From a virus (lineage: Duplodnaviria; Caudoviricetes): a stretch of DNA of 38,095 nt. The notes under the pieces were generated by a model. The model saw only the letters and a program-made list of their open reading frames with translations, was not told the origin of the DNA and made no database searches. A program made the position numbers and the translations under genes. Shown here in pieces: positions 1 through 8,037 of this stretch. Numbering within the stretch: position 1 is the stretch's first letter; every line of letters begins with the position of its first letter. The stretch is taken from positions 1-38,095 of IMG/VR virus record IMGVR_UViG_3300042355_001092. One strand, given 5' to 3'.

Positions 1-175
1 GATCGTGGAGGAATTCGGAATCGAGAATGTCTCCGACCAAATCAAGAAGTGCTACGAGGAGCAGAAGAACCTCGACCAGAAATTTGAAATCCTCCACGGG
101 GTCTATCCCCGCTCGGAGAAGGAACGAAACCCCAAGAAACTCGACGGGAAAAACAAACCCTTCGCCAGTTGCTAC
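1..175. repeat. Terminal direct repeat / circular assembly overlap, copy 1
   Basis: Identical to 37921-38095 except position 127 (A) vs 38047 (G), a synonymous CGA/CGG change. Confidence 0.97.
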
Positions 176-1162
176 CTTGAATGCCGGTCGAAGAATATCC
201 TTCGCGAGGGCGGGTACGACGAGAAACCTTTCATGGCGACCCGCTACCTCAAGTGGCAACAAGGAGTGTACGGGTGGTCTCCTTCATGGGTCGCACTCCC
301 CGACATCCGCCAACTGAACTTTCTCCAGAAGCAGATGGATGCCCTCGCGGAACTCGCCGCATTCCCTCGCATCCTGGTCCCCGATGGCATGGAGGGAGTG
401 GTCGATCTCCGAGCCGGTGGCATCACCTATTTCAACGCCTCGGACCCGTCCGCGAAGCCACAGGAATGGGCGACCCAAGGTCGCTACGATGTCGGTCTGG
501 AACGAGTGAAGGAAAAGCAGACGCACATCAACGAGGCTTTCTCGGTCCCGCTTTTCCAAATGTTCACGGCGCAAGAATCCTCGACTCCGACCCGCATGAC
601 GGCGACCGAGGTCAACGCTCGAAACGCCGAGCGTCTGGCGAACTTCTCGCCGACCTTCGCCCGACTCACGACCGAACTTCTCATCCCTCTCCTGCAACGG
701 GTCTACGGAATCCTCGCACGGCGAGGGGAACTCCCACCACCTCCCGAGGCACTCATCCAGCAGGATGCCAAAGGAACCCTGTTCGTTCCCGAGCCAAAGG
801 TGGTCTTCAACTCCCGCATCGCCCTTGCCATCCGCGCCATCGAACTCGCCGCCTCCGAGCGTTCGCTTCAACGGGCGGGGATGCTCATGCAAGCCACCGG
901 CGACCCGTCAATCATGGACAATTTCAACCTCGACAAGATTGTCCGCGAAGGTGCGCTTGCCGAGGGAGTCGATGCCGACCACCTCCGCGATATGGGCGAT
1001 ATCGAGCAGATTCGCGCCGGTCGCGCCGAGGCACAGCAAGCCGCGATGGAACAGCAACAGGCGATGGCGATGGCAGAGATGGCGAACAAGGCATCCGCCG
1101 TCAAACAGGACTCCCTGCTCGGGCAGGAAATGATGAACCAGAACGAACTCCCCATCGCATGA
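1..1162 (+). CDS. Portal (head-tail connector) protein, C-terminal part; gene starts at 37337 and crosses the circular join (about 581 aa)
   Basis: Contains YGWSP..ALPDIRQLN, P.LVPD, IN.AF...LF, MTATEV..R..E and F.RL..ELL.PL..R motifs of T7/BPP-1-type connectors. The frame is continuous with 37337-37920. Confidence 0.93.
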   Translation, partial: IVEEFGIENVSDQIKKCYEEQKNLDQKFEILHGVYPRSEKERNPKKLDGKNKPFASCYLECRSKNILREGGYDEKPFMATRYLKWQQGVYGWSPSWVALPDIRQLNFLQKQMDALAELAAFPRILVPDGMEGVVDLRAGGITYFNASDPSAKPQEWATQGRYDVGLERVKEKQTHINEAFSVPLFQMFTAQESSTPTRMTATEVNARNAERLANFSPTFARLTTELLIPLLQRVYGILARRGELPPPPEALIQQDAKGTLFVPEPKVVFNSRIALAIRAIELAASERSLQRAGMLMQATGDPSIMDNFNLDKIVREGALAEGVDADHLRDMGDIEQIRAGRAEAQQAAMEQQQAMAMAEMANKASAVKQDSLLGQEMMNQNELPIA

Positions 1163-1431
1163 GTGACCTCGAAAAAAAAGTCCGCACGGCAAAGACCCTT
1201 CTCGCCTATGGGTGGTTCAACATTCCCGATGGAGACCTTGTCGTTTCCGACCTCGAAAAATCTTTTGGCATTAACTCTCCAGCATTCACTCCCAACGCCG
1301 ATGGTTCTTTCGACCCGATCCGCGCCGCCGTCCGAGACGGGCAACGGCAAGTGATTCTTCACATCAAAGCGATGGCGACAAAAGCGCATGAAACGAGCAA
1401 CGCGCCAAAAACAAAATCCCGCAAAGACTGA
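1159..1431 (+). CDS. Bbp19-like small protein (90 aa)
   Basis: ATG overlaps the portal stop (ATGA). The DG..VVSDL...F...DP...A.RDGQRQVILHI pattern is typical of the gene after the portal in BPP-1-like phages. Confidence 0.75.
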   Translation: MSDLEKKVRTAKTLLAYGWFNIPDGDLVVSDLEKSFGINSPAFTPNADGSFDPIRAAVRDGQRQVILHIKAMATKAHETSNAPKTKSRKD

Positions 1432-1582
1432 CCCTCCGGTCCAAGACCCGCGCCTCGGTGATCTCACGCCCGAGTACATTCTTTGGCACAAGGCGAACCA
1501 CACTTTGCAGGTTCACCGCATTCAGTATTTCGACCGCATCCCGCATGAATACGCCGACCAATTCGGCATCCATCGTGTGTAG
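1388..1582 (+). CDS. Hypothetical protein (64 aa)
   Basis: Fills the gap between the Bbp19-like gene and the scaffold; protein-like composition. Confidence 0.5.
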   Translation: MKRATRQKQNPAKTDPPVQDPRLGDLTPEYILWHKANHTLQVHRIQYFDRIPHEYADQFGIHRV

Positions 1583-1597
1583 GTATGAGTAAAACTT

Positions 1598-2521
1598 ATG
1601 TTCACAAGCGAACCGACCAACGCCGTCACAGACGGAAACGCCGCACTAGCGGCACAGGAAAACAACACCCCCGCACCGAGCGGGACAACCACGCCGACCA
1701 ATGGGACGGCGACGAGTGGTCCCCTTCTCGGGGATGGATCAAGCGGGGCAAGCACCAGTAGCACCGGCTACCTCGACACCGAGGGCAACTTCACCGAGGG
1801 GTGGCTCGACCGGCTACAGGGATTTGATGACTCCAAGCAAATCCTCGGGCAATTCAAAGACCTCAACGGGGTCTTCAAAACACTCGTCTCGCAACAACGA
1901 CTCCTCGGAAAAAAAGCCGATGCTGTCCTCGTTCCGAACGAGAAGTCTTCGCCCGAGGAATGGGCGGAATTCAACAAGCGCATGGGAGTTCCCGAGTCGC
2001 CCGACAAGTATGCCGCCCGACCGGCATCGGTTCCCAAGGACATGGAGTGGGACGAGGGTGCGGCAAAGCAGATAAACGCTACCGCACACAAGCTCGGCGT
2101 AACGCCAAAGCAGATGGAGGCACTCGTCGGAGAGTATGCCAAGTGGGAGATGCAGAAGGGCGAAGCGTCAGCACAAGCAGAGCAAAAGCAGTTGGAGGAC
2201 GCTCGGAAATCCCTTGCCGAGGAATGGGGCGACAAGTTCGACATTAACCTTTCCAAGGCAAAGCGACTTGTCCAACTTGGCGGCGGCGACCTCTCCGATC
2301 CTGGTCTGACTTCGCCTGGAGTTGTCAAAATGCTGTCCCGCATTGCTGATACTTTGAGCGATGACAAGCTCGTCTCCTCGGAATCCGCCGCGACCATGAT
2401 GGTGGGCAAAGCACGGGCGATGGACATTATGAAGAATCCACAAAACCCCCTGCACACCCGATACTCCTCGGGCGACAAGGAAATCGCCGACCTCGTCACA
2501 GACTTGCTAAAGCAGAGATAA
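1598..2521 (+). CDS. Capsid scaffolding/assembly protein
   Basis: Low-complexity N-terminus, LG.PESPDKY motif, L.EEWG.KFD helical region; lies directly before the capsid gene. Confidence 0.8.
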   Translation: MFTSEPTNAVTDGNAALAAQENNTPAPSGTTTPTNGTATSGPLLGDGSSGASTSSTGYLDTEGNFTEGWLDRLQGFDDSKQILGQFKDLNGVFKTLVSQQRLLGKKADAVLVPNEKSSPEEWAEFNKRMGVPESPDKYAARPASVPKDMEWDEGAAKQINATAHKLGVTPKQMEALVGEYAKWEMQKGEASAQAEQKQLEDARKSLAEEWGDKFDINLSKAKRLVQLGGGDLSDPGLTSPGVVKMLSRIADTLSDDKLVSSESAATMMVGKARAMDIMKNPQNPLHTRYSSGDKEIADLVTDLLKQR

Positions 2522-2544
2522 GGGGTTTCGGCTTTAGTACAGAG

Positions 2545-2578
2545 TCCCCGCCTTCCTACGAGGGCGGGGATTTTTTTT
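2545..2578 (+). terminator. Intrinsic terminator after the scaffold gene
   Basis: TCCCCGCCTT/AGGGCGGGGA stem followed by T8. Confidence 0.85.
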
Positions 2579-2599
2579 ATTTGACGCATCCCTTTCACG

Positions 2600-2613
2600 G
2601 GTGTACGCACACC
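2600..2613. promoter_or_regulatory. Operator-like palindrome GGTGT-N4-ACACC upstream of the capsid gene
   Basis: GGTGTACGCACACC, just downstream of TTGACG (2581-2586). An identical copy is at 19693. Confidence 0.7.
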
Positions 2614-2622
2614 TGTAACTTC

Positions 2623-2748
2623 TCTGAAGGACAATCTTTCTTCAGACCCATGTAGGGGAAGTTGACCCGCCGCATCGAATCCCATTCGGGACAATTCGCG
2701 AAAGCGGAACAAGCAGTCAGTCAACTCAACTTCAACTCAACACCTACA
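2623..2748 (+). ncRNA. Candidate structured cis-regulatory leader of the capsid mRNA
   Basis: Nested stems: TCTGAAG/CTTCAGA, TGTAGG/CCTACA, GTTGAC/GTCAAC, CCGC/GCGG and GAA-CCC/GGG-ACAA-TTC. GGACAAT occurs twice. Confidence 0.5.
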
Positions 2749-3678
2749 ATGCCTAATCTCACACAAATTCCCGATCACTTCGTGATCCAATACGAAACCA
2801 ACTGGCAGATGCTTCTGCAACAGTTGGATTCCCGTCTTAAAGAACGCACCAAACTCGTACAAGCAAACGGGGCGGCGGTTCGATTTAACCAAATGGACAC
2901 GGCATCGATGTCCCAAGTCCTCACCCGAAATGGTGCGACTGTTAACAACGACATCACCCTACCTGCTCGGTGGGCTTATCCCGTTCCCTACGACACCTCC
3001 TCATGGTTCGACGAGTTCGACAACACCTTCCTCGGTAGTGTCGTTCTCCCGACCTCCGAGGTCATGCAAGCACAGGCGGCGGCATATGGTCGCACTTGCG
3101 ACTCGGTGCTGATCTCGGCACTCCTCGGCAATGCCACCATCACCAACACGGCAAACACCTCCGCCGGTTTCGGACTGAACAACACCACATCGAGTGTTGC
3201 CCTTCCCGCCGGTCAGAAGGTGGCAGTCAACTATGTTGGCGGCGGCGGAACGGCAACCAACACCGGTCTGACCATCGCGAAGATCCGCGAAGCAAAGCGC
3301 ATCCTCGATGCCAACGAAGCCCCCGCCGAGGACCGCATCCTCGTTGTGTCTTCCAAGGAAATCGCGGATTTGCTCGGAACCCAAGAAGTGACCAATCAAC
3401 TCTACAACTCGGTCCGCGCCCTTGTGGACGGCGAGGTTGATTCGTTCCTCGGATTCAAAGTGGTCCGCACCGAACTTCTGCCCGTTGCAACGAACATCCG
3501 TTCTTGCATCGCCTACCAGAAGAACTCGGCGGTCATGGTCGATGGCGGTCGCAAGACCTACATGGACATCCTGCCAGAAAATCGCCACTCGCTCCAAATC
3601 CGCTCCACGGCGGTCATGGGTGCAACCCGTCTCCTTGAGAAGGGTGTGGTCGAAATTGCGGCGGACACCACCAAGTAA
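2749..3678 (+). CDS. Major capsid protein (BPP-1 Bbp17/T7-like HK97 fold), 309 aa from ATG 2749
   Basis: F..QY......LLQQ..SRL, A.GR..D, GLT..K..EAK.IL, LV.GEVDSFLGFK and MGATR.EEKGVV-like motifs. Confidence 0.92.
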   Translation: MPNLTQIPDHFVIQYETNWQMLLQQLDSRLKERTKLVQANGAAVRFNQMDTASMSQVLTRNGATVNNDITLPARWAYPVPYDTSSWFDEFDNTFLGSVVLPTSEVMQAQAAAYGRTCDSVLISALLGNATITNTANTSAGFGLNNTTSSVALPAGQKVAVNYVGGGGTATNTGLTIAKIREAKRILDANEAPAEDRILVVSSKEIADLLGTQEVTNQLYNSVRALVDGEVDSFLGFKVVRTELLPVATNIRSCIAYQKNSAVMVDGGRKTYMDILPENRHSLQIRSTAVMGATRLLEKGVVEIAADTTK

Positions 3679-3686
3679 CCTCACGG

Positions 3687-3720
3687 GTGGGGGCGACCTC
3701 GTAAGGGGTCGCCCTCACTT
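3687..3720 (+). terminator. Strong GNRA-capped hairpin after the capsid gene (terminator/attenuator or mRNA stabiliser)
   Basis: GTGGGGGCGACCTC-GTAA-GGGGTCGCCCTCAC, followed by only a weak pyrimidine tract. Confidence 0.6.
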
Positions 3721-3732
3721 CCCCTTTCAAAA

Positions 3733-4323
3733 ATGGATTCGACTACAATATGCAACCTAGCCCTCGCTAAAATCGGCAACCAGTCGATCCTATCTCTCGA
3801 TGACCCCTCGCCCGAGGCGCGTTTCTCGAAACTCTTTTACTCTCCCACCGCCCAAGAATGCTTCCGGTTGCACGACTGGAATTGGGCAACCTCGCACTCC
3901 AAACTCTCCCCGATCTCTCCCGAGCCGCAATACGACTGGAAGTATGCATTCGGGTTGCCGACCGATTTCGGTCGCCTTCTCACTTTCAATTCTTTTTCAC
4001 CGGCAATGCAGGTCACGCCGTTCCAGATCGTGGGCAACCAAATTTACACCGACGAGTCCACGGCGGTGATTTCCTACATCAAATCTATCGTTGATGAAAA
4101 TCTGTTCGACCCCCTCTTTGTGGATGTCCTGGTCCTTCGCCTCGCCGCCAAGCTGGCTCGACCACTCGCCGGTTCACTCGACATCGAAAAGTCGATGAAT
4201 GCTCAATTTGAAAAATCCCTTGCCGAGGCAAGGCGCATCGATGCCGGTGAAGGCAAACCCCGCCGCAAGATGCAATGGGTGGACTCTGACTTGGTCAACG
4301 CAAGGTTTTCCGGTGTGGCATGA
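3733..4323 (+). CDS. Tail tubular protein A / head-tail adaptor
   Basis: ICNLALAKIG...I.SL, H.WNWA, Y.F.LP.D and FDPLF...L...LAA.LA motifs. Confidence 0.85.
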   Translation: MDSTTICNLALAKIGNQSILSLDDPSPEARFSKLFYSPTAQECFRLHDWNWATSHSKLSPISPEPQYDWKYAFGLPTDFGRLLTFNSFSPAMQVTPFQIVGNQIYTDESTAVISYIKSIVDENLFDPLFVDVLVLRLAAKLARPLAGSLDIEKSMNAQFEKSLAEARRIDAGEGKPRRKMQWVDSDLVNARFSGVA

Positions 4324-6797
4324 TCAACCAACTTATTTCCAGCTTTAATGCCGGTGAACTGTCTCCTTACCTTGAGTCGCGGACTAACCTCGAAAAATAC
4401 CGAAATGGATGCCGCATCCTTGAGAACTTCCTGCTGACTCCATACGGACCCGCCAATCGACGCGCCGGTCTAGAATACAGAGGCGCGGCAAAACTCCCCA
4501 GCAAGCGTTGCCGCATCCTTGGGTTTAATTTCACCAACCTCGACCGGATCGTTGTCGAACTCGGCGAGGGATACATGAGGTTTTGGAAGGAGGGCGACCT
4601 TATCAAGGTCGATGGAGTGCCGGTGGAAGCAACCGCCGTGGATTGGCAGGGAAATGTCATCTCTCCCGCACCCGCCGCGCAACACCCATACACCGAATCA
4701 CAACTCCGCGAGGTTCGCTTTGTGCAGGTCAACAATGTGGTATTCTTCGCGCATCCCGACCATCCGCCCTACCGGCTTTCAAGGTTCTCGGATACGAACT
4801 GGCAAATGGGCGAAGTGCCGTGGGCATGGTCTCCGACCCTCGACCAGAATGTCACGACCACGACTATCACCCCGAGTGCCACCTCGGGAAACATCACGCT
4901 AACCGCCTCGGTCCCGCTTTTTAAGCCAACCCATGTGGGATCGTTCTGGCAACTCGATCACGCAACCGATAAAGGCATCCTCAATGTTTCCATCGATGGA
5001 AATAAAACTTCTGCCAGTTTTTCCGTTCTAGGGAAGTGGCAAATACAGACTTTTGGAAGATGGACCGCCGATATCCAATTGCAATCGTCCTCGGATAGCG
5101 GGGCAACTTGGGAAACTCGACGCACATATGTTTCCCGAGCCGACTACAATGTTGTTTCTACGGGCGAGGAGTCGCAGGAAACGCTACTTCGTTTTGTGAT
5201 TACAGGGTGGGCAACGACAAGTTCAGACACCACCCCCCGAATCCAGTTGTCCGCCATTGAACCTGTCCTCAAAGGCATCGTCCGCATCACCGAGTTGACT
5301 GGCGCGGAAACGGGCGGCAAATATTTAACCGCAACCGCTACTGTCTTAAAGAACCTCGGGTCCACTACGGCAACTTCGATGTGGTATGAGGGGGCATTTT
5401 CCAATGAGCAGGGATATCCGAATGCGGTAGGCTTGCATGAGTCTCGACTCATTTTTGGCGGGACTGACAAAGCACCCAACACAATTTGGGGATCGGTCTC
5501 CTCTGACTTTCAGAACTTCCGCAAGGGCGCGTTCGATTCGGATTCTTACTCCTTCACTCTCGCTTCCACGACCGGCGGACGCATCAATTGGCTCGTCAGC
5601 AAGTCCGCCTTGCTCATCGGCACTTCATTGGACGAGTGGTCCCTTTCCGCCTCGGACCCGTCTCGCCCTCTCACGGCGACCAATGTCCGAGCACAAAACC
5701 AATCGTCTTACGGATCGACCAGTCTTCCAGCATTGGTAGTCAACGACACGATCCTCTACATCCAACGGATGGCGCGGAAAATTCGCGAACTGATCTACAC
5801 CTGGTCGAGCGAAAGCTGGATTTCAAACGACATCACCGCCCTCGCCGAACACACGACCCGCACCCGTATACAGGAGGTCGCCTACCAACGGGTCCCCGAT
5901 GCGGTCTACTGGTTTGTGACCGGCGATGGGCAACTGGTCTCGATGACCTACGAACGGGAGCAACAGGTGGTGGGGTTTGCGCGTCACAATACGGACGGCG
6001 TGTTTGAATCGGTCGCAACAATCAACGGCGTGGATTCCGATGACGAGGTGTGGTCGGTGGTCCGCCGCACGATCAATTCCCAAGTGGTGCGCTACATCGA
6101 GCGATTCAAAACGGGGCAACGCACCGCCCTCGACACGGCGGACAAACCGGCATGGTTCTACCTCGATGCGGCGGTGCAGAAGTTCCCTGTCACCTCCGGT
6201 GGAATCACCATCCAATCGAACGACGGGCAAACCATCACAACATCGGTCCCGCCGGTCAGCACCACCGAAATCACCGGACTCGACCATCTGGAGGGCAAGG
6301 AGGTCTCGATTTGGGCGGGAGTCTACAACGAAGACGATCAAGAGATCACATTCGGCATCGTCGTTCCCGAACTGGACCCTGTGACAAACAAACCGATGGC
6401 GGTGACCGGCGGAAAAATTACCACGCAAACCGAGGTGTGTGCATGGGTGGTGGGACTTCCCTACACCTCGTTGCTTTGCCCTCAACGGGTAGATCAGCAA
6501 CTCGCGGACGGCACATCGCAGGGGCGGCGGATGCGAATCCCGCGCCTCAATGTGAAACTCTACCAATCTTTCGGCGGCGAGTATTCCTCGGACCAACAGA
6601 CATGGTTCCCGATGGTGGCGCGGAAGGTGCAGGACTTCATGGACGATTCGCCTCCGGTCCTCAACGAATGGACCCGCCTTTACCTTTCCAGCAATTGGGC
6701 GGACGGCGTCGATATCTACATCCGCCAGACCTTGCCGGTCCCACTCACCATCGCGGCAATGGTCCCCGTGTGGGAAGCATCGGAGGGACAAAACTGA
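4320..6797 (+). CDS. Tail tubular protein B / nozzle (T7 gp12, Bbp13-like)
   Basis: SFNAGELSP N-terminus, G...RRAG, GYP.AV..HE.RL.F.G, GFARH and VGLPY motifs. Confidence 0.9.
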   Translation: MINQLISSFNAGELSPYLESRTNLEKYRNGCRILENFLLTPYGPANRRAGLEYRGAAKLPSKRCRILGFNFTNLDRIVVELGEGYMRFWKEGDLIKVDGVPVEATAVDWQGNVISPAPAAQHPYTESQLREVRFVQVNNVVFFAHPDHPPYRLSRFSDTNWQMGEVPWAWSPTLDQNVTTTTITPSATSGNITLTASVPLFKPTHVGSFWQLDHATDKGILNVSIDGNKTSASFSVLGKWQIQTFGRWTADIQLQSSSDSGATWETRRTYVSRADYNVVSTGEESQETLLRFVITGWATTSSDTTPRIQLSAIEPVLKGIVRITELTGAETGGKYLTATATVLKNLGSTTATSMWYEGAFSNEQGYPNAVGLHESRLIFGGTDKAPNTIWGSVSSDFQNFRKGAFDSDSYSFTLASTTGGRINWLVSKSALLIGTSLDEWSLSASDPSRPLTATNVRAQNQSSYGSTSLPALVVNDTILYIQRMARKIRELIYTWSSESWISNDITALAEHTTRTRIQEVAYQRVPDAVYWFVTGDGQLVSMTYEREQQVVGFARHNTDGVFESVATINGVDSDDEVWSVVRRTINSQVVRYIERFKTGQRTALDTADKPAWFYLDAAVQKFPVTSGGITIQSNDGQTITTSVPPVSTTEITGLDHLEGKEVSIWAGVYNEDDQEITFGIVVPELDPVTNKPMAVTGGKITTQTEVCAWVVGLPYTSLLCPQRVDQQLADGTSQGRRMRIPRLNVKLYQSFGGEYSSDQQTWFPMVARKVQDFMDDSPPVLNEWTRLYLSSNWADGVDIYIRQTLPVPLTIAAMVPVWEASEGQN

Positions 6798-7264
6798 TGG
6801 AACGCACCGCCCAACGCCGCGCCACATTCAAGCGCAAGATCGATGCCCTCGAAAGCGCACTCTTTCATCTTGCCAAGGAATTTCCATGCGACATCCCGAC
6901 TTTTCACCGGTTCGCGGATGGCATCTACATCCGCGAAATCCACGCACCGGCTGGAACAATTTTTACATCGGTCACACACAAGACTTGCCACCCTTTTGTT
7001 CTGTCCAAAGGGGTTGCCGACATTTGCGACGAATACGGGGATGTGACTCGTTACTTCGCGCCATTCACCGGCATCACCGAGGTGGGGACACGGCGAGTGT
7101 TTATGGTCATCGAGGACATGATTTGGACAACATTCCACCGCACCGATCTCACCGATCCCGATGAGTGGTTGCGGCAAAATACACATTTAGAAAACAACCT
7201 GCTCCCGTCCACTTTTGAGCCGATGGGATTGGTCAATCGAAAGGATTTACTATGTCAAGCATAG
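6797..7264 (+). CDS. Cupin-like phage protein (155 aa)
   Basis: ATG overlaps the tubular B stop (TGATG). H.FADGIYIRE...PAG, H...H, AP.....GTRR and W.T.H pattern of a double-stranded beta-helix. Confidence 0.7.
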   Translation: MERTAQRRATFKRKIDALESALFHLAKEFPCDIPTFHRFADGIYIREIHAPAGTIFTSVTHKTCHPFVLSKGVADICDEYGDVTRYFAPFTGITEVGTRRVFMVIEDMIWTTFHRTDLTDPDEWLRQNTHLENNLLPSTFEPMGLVNRKDLLCQA

Positions 7265-8031
7265 CAATAGGACTAGGAGTTGCGTCTCTTGTGGTAGCCG
7301 GTGCAGGGGTTGGCGTTTCTGCTTACGGAACCTCGCAATCGGCGGCGGCATCACGGGCGGCGGGGGCGTTAAACGCCAGACAGCAAAAGATGCAAGCACA
7401 GGGAACCGCCGCCGTTCAAAGATTTCAAGCTCGACTCAACTACAAAGTCGCGATGGCACAGGCGAAAGTTTACAACAACAACGCTATTGTTCTCCGTGAC
7501 CAAGCTCGCTCCACCGAGCGGCAAGGGTTTGAAGCGGTCAAGCGCATGATCATGCAGGGAGATTCGGAGCAGTCCGCCGTCCGAGCCGCATACGGGGCAT
7601 CCGGTGTGCAAAGCGACACGGGGTCACCCTTGGTGGTCGAAGCATACAACGCTGGCATGGCGCAACTGGCGCGAATGGATTCCGCCTACAAAACCAATCT
7701 GGAGGCGGGGTCTTTAGATTGGGATGCCCGAATGCAGGACTATCAAGCGGAACTCACCCGTGAAACGGCAAAGCAATACCAATACGCCGAGCAGATGGCG
7801 AATTGGACCGAGCAGACCGGAATCATCGCGGCAAACGCAACGCAAATGGCAGGAAGTCAAATGGCATCCGCGCAACTTGTGAGTGGATACGGAAACGCCG
7901 CATCCAATTTTGCAGGAGCATTGAGCGGGTTCGCAAGCACCTATGCCGCGACTCGACAACCATCCACGGCAAGTAGTCCCGCGCCGGTCACCAATGTCAC
8001 AACCACCGCCGCACCGGCGGCACGACGATAA
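7252..8031 (+). CDS. Internal virion (ejection) protein, T7 gp14-like
   Basis: Hydrophobic Gly/Ala N-terminus, Ala/Gln-rich helices, A.YGASGV...TGSP motif, syntenic position. Confidence 0.7.
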   Translation: MSSIAIGLGVASLVVAGAGVGVSAYGTSQSAAASRAAGALNARQQKMQAQGTAAVQRFQARLNYKVAMAQAKVYNNNAIVLRDQARSTERQGFEAVKRMIMQGDSEQSAVRAAYGASGVQSDTGSPLVVEAYNAGMAQLARMDSAYKTNLEAGSLDWDARMQDYQAELTRETAKQYQYAEQMANWTEQTGIIAANATQMAGSQMASAQLVSGYGNAASNFAGALSGFASTYAATRQPSTASSPAPVTNVTTTAAPAARR

Positions 8032-8037
8032 CTTACA

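Noticed and set aside
1-175. Physical T7-like terminal repeat
   Set aside because: It falls mid-portal gene, so it is best explained as an assembly overlap of a circular or permuted genome.
181-7264. Long versions of ORFs 181-1431, 2662-3678 and 6050-7264
   Set aside because: The N-terminal extensions overlap real genes or the RNA leader; the starts at 1159, 2749 and 6797 fit coupling and motifs better.
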